NCBI RefSeq assembly: GCF_009914755.1
Contig: NC_060938.1
Direction: 5' to 3' (one strand)
Source of the DNA: the human T2T-CHM13v2.0 reference genome, Homo sapiens
Length of the DNA: 64,000 bases
Positions within the stretch are counted from its first letter, which is position 1. Each line of letters begins with the position of its first letter. The translations under genes and the position numbers were made by a program. Shown piece by piece: positions 24,186-37,010 of the stretch. The notes beneath the pieces are model-generated. The model made no database searches. It was not told the origin of the DNA and saw only the letters and a program-made list of their open reading frames with translations.

Positions 24186-26924
24186 TCTGGCTGCAAGAGA
24201 CCAAGCTTGAGATTAGTCTGCTTTATTGCAACTAGACTGAGTTCATGTACTAATCTCACATTCAAATTTTAATTTGGGTAACAGTTGTTGTTGAGCTCAC
24301 AGTGTTTGAATTCCTGTTGAAAGAGACAGGATTGTTATTAATGTTTGCATTTCATGAAAACCAAATCAGAAGTCTGAAGTTTTTGTATAAGTTCAAGGAT
24401 TCAGCACATACAAGTTCTATCTCTCTCTTTAGTTTCCTTCCCTCTCTTGCCGCCCTTGGGCAAAACCGAAAAAGCAAACAGGACTCTGCTACCCTAGTCT
24501 ATCCTGTACTATGAATGAAGCAGCATTGATCATATTTTCCCAAGAAAACTTCAATGTATAATTGCAGTTCTCCCATTTTCAGTCTCCTAGCAAAATAGCC
24601 AAACAAATCCCTTTCTTTCTCTAAGGGAGTGACTTATTGGCTCTAGCTTTCCTATTATTGTTAAGGAATATTATAAGGTTGATTTATGTAGAAAGGAAAG
24701 ACCAACAGCCTAGTTCTTAATAATAGGAAAGCAGGAGAGATTAAAAACAAAAAGAGTTTAAGAAAAAATTTCCAAGAATGTTTAATTGCGTATGTCCATG
24801 TGTGGGGAAGATCAGTGAAACAAAACTCACCCCTATCAAAATCAGGAATTCAGTTGGAAATAGAAGGAAGCCCCAACTTCATGCAATTAGGAAAGAGATT
24901 GATGTGGAAGCACATGGAGGCATTAAACTGCCCAGGTCCGTCATCACATGATACTAGGGAACCGGCAAGTTGATATTCTACTTGGGTGATCCTAAGTTGA
25001 GTTGACGAGATTATTTTAGTAAGACGGAATGACCACTCTATCCATTTTTTGTCATTAAAAGTAGAGAATGCTATTGTGATGCTGCAATCCAAGTACTGTG
25101 TATCATTAAGTCAGAATGTATTTTAAAAAAATGTGGTTCAGTGTGTTAACAGATTCAATCAAGATTTACCCCTGAGGATAAGTGGTAAGCATGTATTTGG
25201 ATCATGAATGTATGATATCTATAGTTTCTCTATTTTGGAGGAGCTGCCTGGGAAATCAGAGGGGAGAAACCCCTTTTTCAGTTACTCTAGGATTCAGATG
25301 ATTTAGCTGAGAATTTTCATCCCAGCATCACCATATGGAAAAGAACTGGTCACTCATTCCCGAGGTCTGGGCCAGGGTGGAGGAACAGTGGAAGTCCTTG
25401 GATCCCTCAACATTCAGATATCTGGGTGACAAAAAGAGAGAAGTTGAGTCCAAAATGGACTATCTATGAATCTCAGCTGTTTTCAGTGTTCTCTTTTAAT
25501 CTGCCAGTCTCAGCATTTTATCTCAATATCAACAGAGAATGTTCATTTGACAAAGTACATTCATAACTTCTCTAGATTCCATCTTTCTGGACAATGCCAT
25601 TCAATTATTAACCTGTCTTTTTAAAAATGATGCCATAGCATTAAATTCATGAGCTGCTTTCCAAGCTTTGTTTCCTAAGATGTTCTTAAATAACAAAACA
25701 TCCTCTGTAGTTATTTAATACTTCCAAAAAGGCGTACATTTTAAAGCTACTTCATGATTAACCATTGAAATGTTTAAGCCTAGGAATTTAGCAGGTCTGC
25801 AAAAACCTAACACCTTCTAAATCTGACTTCCATTTGAAAAACTAGAGGGGCATTTAACTCCTATTATAACTGCCTTTGGCTTAAAGGATCATATTGAATA
25901 CCAAAGAGAAGTAAATAGATTGGATAAAAGGAATTTCTGTGGCTGGCTGCTTTGGTTTGTTCTGTGTAAAACACACCTTTTAATTTAAATTAGACAAATG
26001 GCAGAATTTCCTGCCTAATAAGACTGCCCTGACTAGGGGTTTGGATGTGTCACCTCCACTCTTAATCAGGTAATCATAATTAAGGTGAATGAACCAGCCA
26101 GGGAAGTGGAAAGCAAGTCAAAAAGTGTATTGAACAAAAAAGACCTCCAACAAGCAGACCACCAGGGCACAATCAGGAGGAAACATCTACAGCTCCAACA
26201 CATGACTTGGGAAAAGCCACTAGACACCAACAATGTGACTGTTGAATTATAGTTCACAGCAAGTTTGAATCCAGACTGTCTAGATTGCCTAACTGGTTCT
26301 ACATTAATTGTGTCCACTGTCTTGCTACAGCCCCCAAACCCTAATATGTGTCTTTTTCTCTCTCTCTTTCTGTCCATTAAAATAATCCATGATCAATTTG
26401 AATTCCATTTGGCCTTATATTTGCTTGTTGCCTCTTTCTGTTCTGACTCTAGAATTCTTTCAACGGTATTGGGATTTACTTGCTTTAGGGCAAAAAGAAT
26501 CTTTTGAATCCCTAACTATACCACTTTAGATGCATTGTAGACTCCATATCAGCTAGAAATAATTGCTAAAGGGCCCTTTAAAGTTTTATTTTTACAAAGT
26601 GTTAATATTGTTAAATGTCTTTTTCTTTAAGGAAGATTTCTGAGGAAAATTTCTAGACCAAGCCACAGTAAGATCTGAACTCTGATTGAATGTAAAAAGT
26701 ATGGCAGTTACTATAGGTATTAATATTAGGAAGGCCAAAGTCAAGTTTATTTCTTGTTATTGTTTTAATGGTGGAAAGACCAAAGCAAGAGAATCATGAA
26801 ATTAATTCAAATGAGGCATGGAAGTAAAATTTGGGGTCCTAGTGGTTCAAGAAAATGAAGAGCAGCAAACAGATTCCAGATCAGTGACTATTAGACATTT
26901 GAATGATAACTCACAACTATTCCC

Positions 26925-27038
26925 AGTCCTCATTTTCCCAAAATTCTGATTCAGTAAGACAAGGGTGGCCACAAAGATGTGCAAGTTTTAAAGAGCCCAA
27001 AATGTTGGGATTACGGGCATGAGCCACTGCGTCCAGTC
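26925..27038. mobile_element. MER5-like fragment fused to a ~43-bp Alu 5' end (minus strand)
   Basis: attctgattcagtaag (MER5-like) runs straight into cccaaaatgttgggattacgggcatgagccactgcgtccagtc. Confidence 0.65.
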
Positions 27039-27251
27039 TAGATTTAATTTCAATATAGTATTCAGGGAAAGTTAGCAAAGGATATGTCAATGAGGTAGGG
27101 ATGAATACAAATTATCATCATAAGCTGTGGTTAAAAGCAGTTATACATTGCTGTTGAAGATAATGGACACATTGTTTATTTATTAGCTGTCAGTTAAAGG
27201 TCATTGACATTCAACACATTAGCATGTTATTAAGTGATATGTATTATATAT

Positions 27252-27725
27252 ATTTAATTTTATTTTTTATTGTAGTAAGTATATACAACATAAAATTTAC
27301 CATTTTAGCCATTTTTAATGTATAGTTCAGTGGCATTAAATATTTTAACTTTGTTTTACAACATTTACCATATATGAACATTTTCATTAACCCATACTGA
27401 AACTGTGTAACTATTAAACAATAACTTCTCATTGCCCCCCTGTTATATTTTCTGTCTCTGTGAATCTGACTGTTCTAGGTACCTCTATAAATTGAATCAA
27501 ATAATATATGTCCTTTTGTGTGGCTTATTTCACTTAGTGTAATGTCACTAAGATTCATCCATGTTGTAGCATGTATCAGAATTTCATTTCTTTTTAAGGC
27601 AGAATAATATTCCATTGTTTGTAGACACTATATTTTGTTTATTCATCATTCATTGATGGAAATTTGGGTTTTTCCCCTCTTTTGGCTATTATGAATAATT
27701 CTGCTATGAACACCCATGTTCAAAG
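27252..27725 (-). mobile_element. L1MB 3' end
   Basis: aacataaaatttaccattttagccatttttaatgtatagttcagtggcattaa...ggcttatttcacttag...ttcatccatgttgtagcatgtatcagaatttc. Confidence 0.9.
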
Positions 27726-27965
27726 TCTGCAAATGTAAGGTTTTCACTTGGTAAATATCCAACTTTGTATTTCAGAAAGATCTTAAGTGTCATTGGCATA
27801 AAAAAATCTTATAACTTTGTAAAATAATTTTACCTCAAAAAAAGTAAAATCAATGTAGATAGAAGTTTTAAAGAAGCAAATTTTGAAAGCTTATAGACTC
27901 TAAAACACATGAGTAGCCTTTTAAATGTCTGATGTGTAAATGGCACCGTGTTATGTGTTATATAT

Positions 27966-28250
27966 CAGTGTTCCCAGTGTGTGATACCACCTATGGTATT
28001 CAAAAGAAGTGCAGGTGGTATCTGAACCAACATATTTTACTTCCATGGTTATAGATGCATTTTTTTATGCATTGAGAAAACATGGTAACCAGCATATCAA
28101 ATATGAGAGAATCTTAATGCAGTGTTAAATGAAAAATAAAAACAAAAAACAGAGAATTTAAAACATAGATTTAGTAAAAAAAAAATAAGTAGTAAGTGAA
28201 TATGGCAGAAACTGTAAAGGCAATTCATAAATGACTGAATTTGGGGAATG
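27966..28250. mobile_element. hAT-Charlie relic (MER113-like)
   Basis: cagtgttcccagtgtgtgatacca..ggta..aggtggta start and tttggggaatg end resembling the TIR. Confidence 0.55.
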
Positions 28251-28486
28251 TATCATGTATTCAGGAATAAAGAAGCAAAAAAATAAACCCATTCCTAGGA
28301 AGAAAGGTATAAGTTAGTCATTTAAGTTTCCATTTATACAGAGAGAAATGACAGAATAACGGGCCATAACACAGTGGTAAGAGAGAGCTAATGTAGTACT
28401 TATATATGCTTGTGCATAAAAGAGAGGTATAAAAAAAATTGGACTGGGGTTTGAGCCAAGAAATGAGAGGTGATAGAAATTTTTAC

Positions 28487-28659
28487 CTCATTGTTTTCAG
28501 TGCTGATGTCAGATTCCGTTTCTGCCAGAATAGCTTAAAGGGAATGATACGATTTTCACATTGATTCTTTTCAGCAGCTCCACCTGGTTTTCTTGCCGAT
28601 TGTCAGGCTCAAACCCCAAACGTCACACTCAACCACCTGTTAAACTGCATTTGTCAAAC
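28487..28659 (-). ncRNA. Candidate non-coding exon (173 nt)
   Basis: Minus-strand acceptor tacctttcctaCAG| and donor GAG|GTAAAA. Unique sequence with stops in all three frames. Further upstream donor TAG|GTGAGT at 28843. Confidence 0.3.
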
Positions 28660-29142
28660 CTGTAGGAAAGGTATGCTAGCAGAGCATTATCACAGCAGAA
28701 TATTTTCATTTTTTTCTATTTCAAAACTGTTTTTATGTGACACTCAAAGTCTGGAGGAGAAGCGTAAAACCCAGTTCAAAATATTTGATTTCTTTTTTTC
28801 CTCCATAGAAGGCAAAAGAGATAGGTTCTAGTTAGGTACTCACCTATATCTCCAAAGAAACTAATGAATCGAATAGCTTATTTTTGCATATGCTGATGTT
28901 TGGCCAGATCTTGTGGCTTATCCATGATAGACTGTCTTTATTATTTAATATAATTTTCTCTGTAACATAGCAAGAATCAACATGGTGAATGATAAGAAAT
29001 AAGACATTTTAATGGGAAATAAAATCAGAAGAACTGGATCTAATAATGTTCCTGTTATTAATTAGCCAAGGCATTTTGAATAGCTCATTTGTCTCTTAAT
29101 TTTTTTAGTTCTAAAGTGACTGTAGTAATTTTTTTTTTCAAG

Positions 29143-29545
29143 TTGCATGAGTCAGGAGAGGCTAGGCTATGCCACAGTAACAAGCAATACCCACAGTTCC
29201 ATGACCTCTCATAGGAAAAGTTTATTTCTTACTTACGTAAGGTGTTCAGAGATGACTGTTCATTTAAATTGACTTCTGAATGTTTCTGTGGCATTCCAAA
29301 TGGCTTGACTCTGATAGCGCCTCTGTGGCCACATGTGCTGCCATAATCCCCAAAGTGATGGAAAAGCATCAAGTCACATACCAGCTATAAAATTTCTACT
29401 GATAGTTACATATGTCACTCTTTTCTGCTCACATCTAATTGGGCAAAAAATGTCACACAGCTATTCCTAAATTTAAAGGGTCACCTTACTATGTTCCTGG
29501 ATGGGAAGAGAACTGGAAATAATATGAATTCTGGTAAGGCCTACA
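29143..29545 (-). mobile_element. Old MLT1 (J/K/L-like) LTR
   Basis: agtcaggagaggctaggctatgccacagtaacaagc..aagtttatttcttac..tgtcactc..tgctcacat. Confidence 0.75.
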
Positions 29546-29801
29546 AAACCAGTTATTTTTAGGAAAAAAAAAATTTAAGGGTCAGTTTCTTATATCATGA
29601 CGCCATATGCTGACCATGTTATACTTGTGAATATTTGAGCTGAGAGCATCACATAAGCATGTTTGAATGAATTTCAAGTCAGCATTTCTTAATTATCTGC
29701 CCCTAAAAATTTAGGAATTAGCCAAATGGACAACTCCGTGGATAAGCATTTCAAGGCAATAGGGTCATTTTCACTTGGCATTAATTTGAATTCACATTTC
29801 A

Positions 29802-30185
29802 TGGATTAGTGCATTCTTGTACAGCTATGAAGAAATACCCGAGACTGGGTAATTTATAAAGAAAAGAGGTTTAATTGACTCACAGTTCTCCATTGCTAGA
29901 GAGGCCTCAGGAAACGTACAATCATGGTGGAAGGCAAAGGAGAGACAGGCACCTTCTTCACAGGGTGGCAGGATGGAGTGAGTGCAAGCAGGGGAAATGC
30001 CAGACATTTATAAATCCATCAGATTCTGTGAGACTCACTCATTATCACTAGAACAGCATAAGGGAAACCACCCCCCATAATCCAATTACTTCCCACCAGG
30101 TCCCTCCCATGACATGTGGGAATTGTGGGAACTACAATTCAAGATGATATTTGGGTGGGGACACAGCCACAGCCAAACCGTATCA
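29802..30185 (-). mobile_element. THE1 (THE1D-like) solo LTR
   Basis: gctatgaagaaatacccgagactgggtaatttataaagaaaagagg...gatatttgggtggggacacagcc..aaaccgtatca. Confidence 0.93.
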
Positions 30186-30234
30186 AGCTCTTACTGTAGA
30201 ACTAATGTTTGATAGAATACTAGAAGGAAGCCAT

Positions 30235-30425
30235 AGTGGAGTCAAAATGCTTAGATTAAAATCTTGCCACTAAAGTCTTCATCTCGAGAGTTCCCCTAGC
30301 TGTAAAATGGAAATGTTGTTATAATAGTATCTGTCTCATAAAGTTATTGTATTATATTAATTAATACATGTAAATAATTAGAATGGTGCATAGCACATGG
30401 GGCACCTAGTAAGTGCCAGCTATGA
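30235..30425 (+). mobile_element. MIR
   Basis: ctgtaaaatggaaatg..ataatagtatctgtctcata..tagcacatgg. Confidence 0.7.
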
Positions 30426-30507
30426 ATTTGGTAAACTCCGTTTGGGCTTTTGAAGTTACCCACAATTGACTTACTTGTTTTCATTCTGTCTCTCTTATTA
30501 CATATCT

Positions 30508-30630
30508 GTGTGTGTGTGTGTGTGTGTATATATATAGTTATATTTATGTAAAGAGATAGTGAGCATATGTAGTTATACATATGTATGCATGTATATTTAT
30601 CTATCTAGCCAGCTATCTATCTACTCTATC
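30508..30630. repeat. (TG)n/(TA)n/(TCTA)n simple repeats
   Basis: Direct reading. Confidence 0.85.
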
Positions 30631-31337
30631 TTAATAAACCTTAATTCCCAACATATAACAAAATATTTCCAAAGCAAAACTCTAACCCAGAATCAGTCCT
30701 ATTCTTTGGGGCTGAAAGTATAGTTTGTTACAGAGTTGTTCCTTATATTTTCCTGAATAAAATTATGTCCTTCTGCCAAGGAACACTGTGTCTACATAGG
30801 CCATATAAATTAGAGATAGCATTTTATAGGACGAACCTAACTTTATCTCAGCACTCCTATTTGGCATACTACAAAAAACTCCTTAAATATTTTGCTGAAA
30901 CATGGAAAAAGAATTTCTGTTGAGACTCATATTTTTTTTGTAACCAGAATGCAAGTTTCTGACTGTATTTGCCTAATAAATAGTCAGATTGCTTGATACA
31001 CATGGTTGATTCAGATTTTGCTTCTAAGATAGATGCTATATAACAGTCTTATTAAAATCCATACATTTTGTAGTGAAATTGAAAGAAATATTCCACATTA
31101 CTCATGCATAGTTGCTATTGTTCGTATGTTTTCTTAGAATAATAATGGTGGGAAATGGCACAGAAGGAAAAATGCAAACTTATTTTGCTTTATTTTAATA
31201 AAAATGATCTTTATTGTTAAAAAATACATCATCACTCTAATGCATATTGTCAAAAAAAAAAAACCAAAAAAGAAATTTATTGGCTTACATAATTATACCA
31301 TTCAAGCTGTGAAATTTGCTTTAGGTACCTCTATATG

Positions 31338-32092
31338 CAGAGCCTTAAATTGCTGGCTATCAGCAAGGGAGATGCCACCCTCCAGTGTGCATTTTGAATA
31401 TTTATGGGGTTTATTTTTAGTTATCACAACATTGGGGGGGTGGCCACTACTAAGTTTTGTGAGTAGGGCCACAAAGTTTAGACATCCTGCAATGATTGGG
31501 ATTGTTCTGCAAAAACGTATTATCTATATCCTGAGAGCTCTTAAATGCCCTTAGTGCAACCCAAATGCATTGTTTATACCTAAATTTAGAAATTAAAACT
31601 CCATTTTTACATGCATATTCAAAGAGAACGGGTTTTTGCATATTATTACAGCAAACTGAGTAAGCAAAAAATGCAAATATTGTATAAATCAAGAGAGGGT
31701 TGTTGTGTTTGACACTTTACCAAGAATTATATACTACTTTGAATCTTCCATTGTATGAGGCCACACCTTTCATAAAATTTGAGTCTGGATCATTCTCAAG
31801 TTGTAGATTTTGCATTCACATTTGTAACAGTGTATCTGATACTCCTTTTCACAGCCAGAGATGAAAATGTTATCAGAATTAGTGGAGACATGTGAAATGT
31901 AGACATCGCATTAAATTGTATTAGTAAGAATTCTCTAAAAATAATTCATGTTCTTAACTTTCTATTTCTGAGTTTCTCTGTAGCACAATGAAAAACCTAT
32001 ATGCTGAGAAAACATATTGAGGTTAATTTCTATTTTTGTGTTTCCTGTATTTAAAACCTGTTTTCGTGATGTTCCAGAAATTGGAATCACCA
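31338..32092 (+). mobile_element. MER20B-like hAT-Charlie element
   Basis: ttttagttatcacaacattgggggg..ccactact..agggcca..agacatcctgcaatg matches MER20-family sequence. Right boundary approximate. Confidence 0.65.
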
Positions 32093-32292
32093 TTTCTCAA
32101 TAGTCTTTTATTTCTGGTTTTTTTTTTTTCCCTGATATGTCCTATTTCTCCTGTCTTGTATTGATCAGTATAGTCTCCAAGGTCTTTTTACGTAACAGGA
32201 GTACTTTATATACCTCAACATATGGTGAGGTTTTAAAACAGGAGATATATTTTGTTATTCTTTGATGCAATCTGACCCCAGGTCATTATATT

Positions 32293-32535
32293 ATAGAATG
32301 GAAATCAAGTCTATAGACACTAGAATCAGAATGCCAGGGTTCAAATTTTGGCTTTTCTGTTTGCTAACTGTATATTTTTGGGTAAGTAACTTAACCCCTT
32401 TTTGTCTCAGTTTCCTCTGTAAAATAACGTTTCCAGACCCATGGGGTAATTCATAAGATAAGTGACTGAATTAATAACATTGAAAAAGCATAGAACTGTG
32501 CCAGACACACAGACAGCACTATATAAATGTTTGAC
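32293..32535 (+). mobile_element. MIR
   Basis: tagaatcagaatgccagggttcaaatt..tttgggtaagtaacttaacc..tctcagtttcctctgtaaaat. Confidence 0.85.
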
Positions 32536-33899
32536 AAATAAAATAGAGAAAATTTTAAACTATACTTATAAATAAGGTATCGCTCATATGTAAGTATTTC
32601 AACTCCTCATTTTCTCTACTTTGGCTGTCTGTAATGGTTCGTGGTGTTTTATACCTATATTGACTAATACCATTTTCCTCTTTCTCTTATCACTCACAGA
32701 TAAAGTTGTTCTGTTATTTATTTATCTTCATAATGGGTTTAATTCCAATATTTTCCTATATCTCTGCTTTCATTTTCCTGTAAAACTTGTGCAGAATTGC
32801 TTCTGATGATCTTCCTTCTTTTATTCTTGACTTAACTCTTTAAAATTAGTAAAAATAATCTGATGACTTTATTATGTCTCCTAGTACAGTCAGCTTGCAC
32901 AGTTACAAATTGAAATGGATTTTTTCATCATAAGTTGTTTTATTGTTATTCTATGTAACAGGGCCTTATATTGACTTTTAAGAATGTTATTGTATAAGTG
33001 TTATACATGAATTTTATTTCAGAATAGCAAATGAAATGTTAGAATATCATTATTAAAAGGTTTTTTATTAGCTTAAGAAGTATTAGTGAGAAGATGATCT
33101 CCATCAAGATGTCTCTTTCCTGAGCGCCTAGCCTTTCAGAATTTCACTTGTGGATCAGTTTGAGATATTATGCCAATCTTCTCAGGGTTAAGTGACTGTT
33201 TTATGACCGTCCATCTAACAATACTAAAAGAAGAAACAAGAAACCAGGTTTTATGACTTCTAGTAAACTCAATAAAACTGTGATTAAAGACAATGACCAT
33301 ATTCAGTTTAGTCACTTAATATCTTATATTCACTTACTGAATTAAAAATGAAGAGTTAAGAGAAAGTAATCAATAATATTTTGTGTTAAATTAATTCTTA
33401 CTATCTTAAGCTCTAAGACAAAACTTAGTGCTTTTGCAACTTTTCTGATGATTCCTTTCATCCCAAAAGTAGCAAGGCACTTTGTCTCAGTTAATTCTAC
33501 AGTCCATTTTGAGTTCTGCCTTGGAGGCCTTAAGACTTTACACACCTTAAACAATAATTGGAATCATGAATCATTTTTATCTCCAAGTCAATAAAAGACC
33601 CATCTTTGTAATGTGTTGAGGAAAAAACAAAATCCCAAACCAAAACTCCAAATTACTCTGTCTTTAGGATTAAGCAGCCTTGAGTATTATTTCCTTTGCT
33701 ACTTCAACTCAAAGAATGTTGATTCAAAAGCAGTTTTAGCAAGACCTAAATGAAATTTTAAAGCATTTTTTAAACAGCTTTTATTCTCCGGAGTCTTAAT
33801 AATAAAATGAGCCCAGTTCCTGGAAAATCTTTTCAGAATTGTGGTTGAGAAATGATGTGCAGTGACTAGTGTGTGTAATATTTGAGTCTGTGGAATATT

Positions 33900-34315
33900 A
33901 ACTTAATGAAGGATTGGTTGCTTATTGCAAATTCGGTCGGAAATTTGGCACTGCTAACTCTGGTACAGTCATTCTCTCTGTTCATCATCTTGTAGTTGCA
34001 TTGCCTATTAAAAGGGTCACAAGAGCAGCGCGCTATAACTTGGGCTTTCTTGCAGCTGCAGTTCTACCTAATTTGTACTTTGGCACTCGAAAGATTATAA
34101 TAAATGAAGTGCTGCCTTCAAAGTTTCAGACACACCAGTTTTTTCCCCTGTTTGGCAAAGGTGGATTTAATTTGACTTTCACGAGTGCAAAATCCGTCTC
34201 CTTAGAAGTTCGTCAAACTATTAATTTTATGGCAAGGACAACTGAGTACAGTAAACCTTTTCACAAAGCCAGACAGCTTAACCTAATTAAGTGCTTGTTT
34301 TGACAGGTGGTTTAA
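33900..34315. promoter_or_regulatory. Candidate deeply conserved developmental enhancer
   Basis: Unique sequence with 8 CpGs in ~290 bp. Clustered TTGGCA x3, AGGGTCA, CAGCTG, CTTCAAAG, TTTTATGG, TAATTAAGTG and TGACAGGTG motifs. Confidence 0.5.
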
Positions 34316-34546
34316 AGTAGAATGAATGCCATCAAGAATGTTTCAAGAAATGAGTCTGATGAATGTGCGAGTGTGGGCATGCAGGTGAAAATGTGTTTTG
34401 GAAGGATATGATGACAGGTCTGTGTCCAAAAAGTGGAAGGTATACATCAAGCTTCATCTGTGCACTCGTTTGGTAATTTCTGTCTCTTCTATAGAGATTT
34501 TAAGAAGATGGACAGCATCAAGTCCATATGAAAATCTAAAGATACT

Positions 34547-34865
<319 letters not shown>

Positions 34866-36971
34866 AAAGATACTGAGAAATAACATTGACCATTATTAAA
34901 ACAACTTGCAAAGTAACTTGTTTGCCTCTGAGCAGAATTCAAGTATCCCTTTAAGAGACTGGAGGTGGGTTACAAAGGAAATTTCAACTTTGAATTTGAT
35001 ATTTCTGAATATACATAAAATTTCTCAGCCTTTTTTCTGTATGGGGTGCTTAAATTTTAAGACTGGAGACAAAGTAGAAATATCATTAGCCAGTCCTACG
35101 ACTATTTTTCAGGCAGCTTCTTGTATCCTTTCATGCACATTTCAGGAAAAAAAAAGAAATTGATCAATCTTCCAGACTGGGATTCAAAAAGATGTTTTTT
35201 AAAGAGGAGTCTATAGAATTTGTTCTGATGTGGTATTTCACTGTGTGTGCAATAAGGGTTGGTGTTCAGAACGTGGATTCTTGATAGATTTCCAGCTCTC
35301 TATCTCTGTTTCTTTTCCCCATCAAGGTTCTGGGTCCTGGATAGCAAAATGAAACCAAATCAATATAGGAGCCCTATAGTCATTTGATAGTGATGTAATA
35401 CTTTTGTCTAAAAAGTGTTGATTTCTTTAGAGTAAACTTAACACATTGATAGTGTCAAGACTTTCAGAAAGACCTATCTCAGACATCATATTCCTCATCA
35501 AATTATTAATTTATCTCTCTGATGACAGGAAATAACCTCCTAAAATAATTCATATAAATTTCCATTTTAATTTTTTTTCAGTGCTTGCAAAAATTAAAAA
35601 CCCAAAACTGTCAATAGCTGAAGTGATATCATTGCTGATGGTGAAAAAAGTAATTTAAAAAAAACTTAATTTGCCTGAAGTCATATATTCATTAATTCTT
35701 AGAGCTCCAATTCAATCCAAATCCTTAAAATTCGAGGAATATTCTCTTAAACATTATGATTCCCCAGATAGTGAATTTGTAAAATTTTTTTATCATTCTG
35801 ATGTATTTAAGTGATTTAAGATAAAATCAATTCAAAACCTAGTATTTTCCCATTCAAAATGTCTTTAGGCTTATATGGAGCTAGTCTAAATTCTAAAACA
35901 TAGCCTCTACCAGCTTATCATTATGAGGACCAAGAAATAAGATGAAAATCTTAATTCAACTAAACTGATAAACAGACAAACTAATGCCAGAACCATGAAA
36001 ACTTTTTTAGAAATTTTAAGGTAACTGGAACTAGGAAAACGAACAAACAAACAAAAACTTACCTGAGCTTGGACCCGGCTTTGACTTAGCTTTTGGTGAG
36101 ACAGGTGTCACCTCAGAAAAAGGTAGAAAATGCACACTTTTCTCATCATATCAATATGAGCACTGACTCATGATCTGGGCACCACTCACAAGATCCAGGG
36201 CCACTTTTTCTCATTACACCTTGGATATTGGTCTGTGAGCTGGCCTGCAACAAACCTACCTGAATGCTCAGGAAACAGTTACTAACATGAATGGAGTTTT
36301 GGAAACCATATAAAATAATGGAACGGAAATAGAGTGAAATCACGAGTTTTGCATGCATTCAAAAAGTTATAGATTTCATGTATAAAGAACAACTGTTGAG
36401 AGTTAAGATGATCAAAAGAAAGAAACTTGATAGCAGGTAACTTAGAAATTATATTTAAAAATTAAGTCTAACAGCCAGGAATATCAGAAAAACAGTGTAG
36501 TTGAAACAGGAAAAACAGGCGACTTCAAGAGAGCAGAGCTTGCTTGGATCAAAACTTAGGAAGAATAGTTTGTCCATTATCTTCTCTCTAAATGTGAATG
36601 TGAAAATTGATTGCATTTTTTTTCTATAGGCTCTTGTTACATAATTACTGTAGGATATTTGAGCCAATACTTTATATCTAAAAATTGATATAAGGATACA
36701 GTTTTTAAAAAATGTATGCACTCAGACACATGTAGAAGTATCTTTATTTCAGTATTGCTTTTTTAGTAGTTAATAATATTGTCATTCAATTTTGGTGCAT
36801 CCACATATCTAACAATGGACTATTGTGAATACTATAAATTCACCAGGACAGATACGATCGATAAATTTTTATTGATGTGGAAATATTCTCATCATTTACA
36901 AAAAATACAGGTTAAAAAATAAAAATCGTTTCTATATATTTTTGCTTATCTGTAACATATTTTTCCACTAC

Positions 36972-37010
36972 TTATATATATATAAGTGGTGTGTGTGTGT
37001 GTGTGTGTGT
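36972..37010. repeat. (TA)n + (TG)n microsatellite
   Basis: Direct reading. Confidence 0.9.

Noticed and set aside
24850-25092. 80-aa minus-strand ORF
   Set aside because: Non-ATG start and no recognisable domain.
28575-28670. Plus-strand 96-nt frame-preserving exon (APPGFLADCQAQTPNVTLNHLLNCICQTCRK)
   Set aside because: No recognisable protein match and no partner coding exons in the window. Kept only as part of the ambiguous splice finding.
33914-34303. 129-aa ORF as a CDS
   Set aside because: TTG start, no known domain and no clear flanking splice sites. Better explained as a regulatory element.
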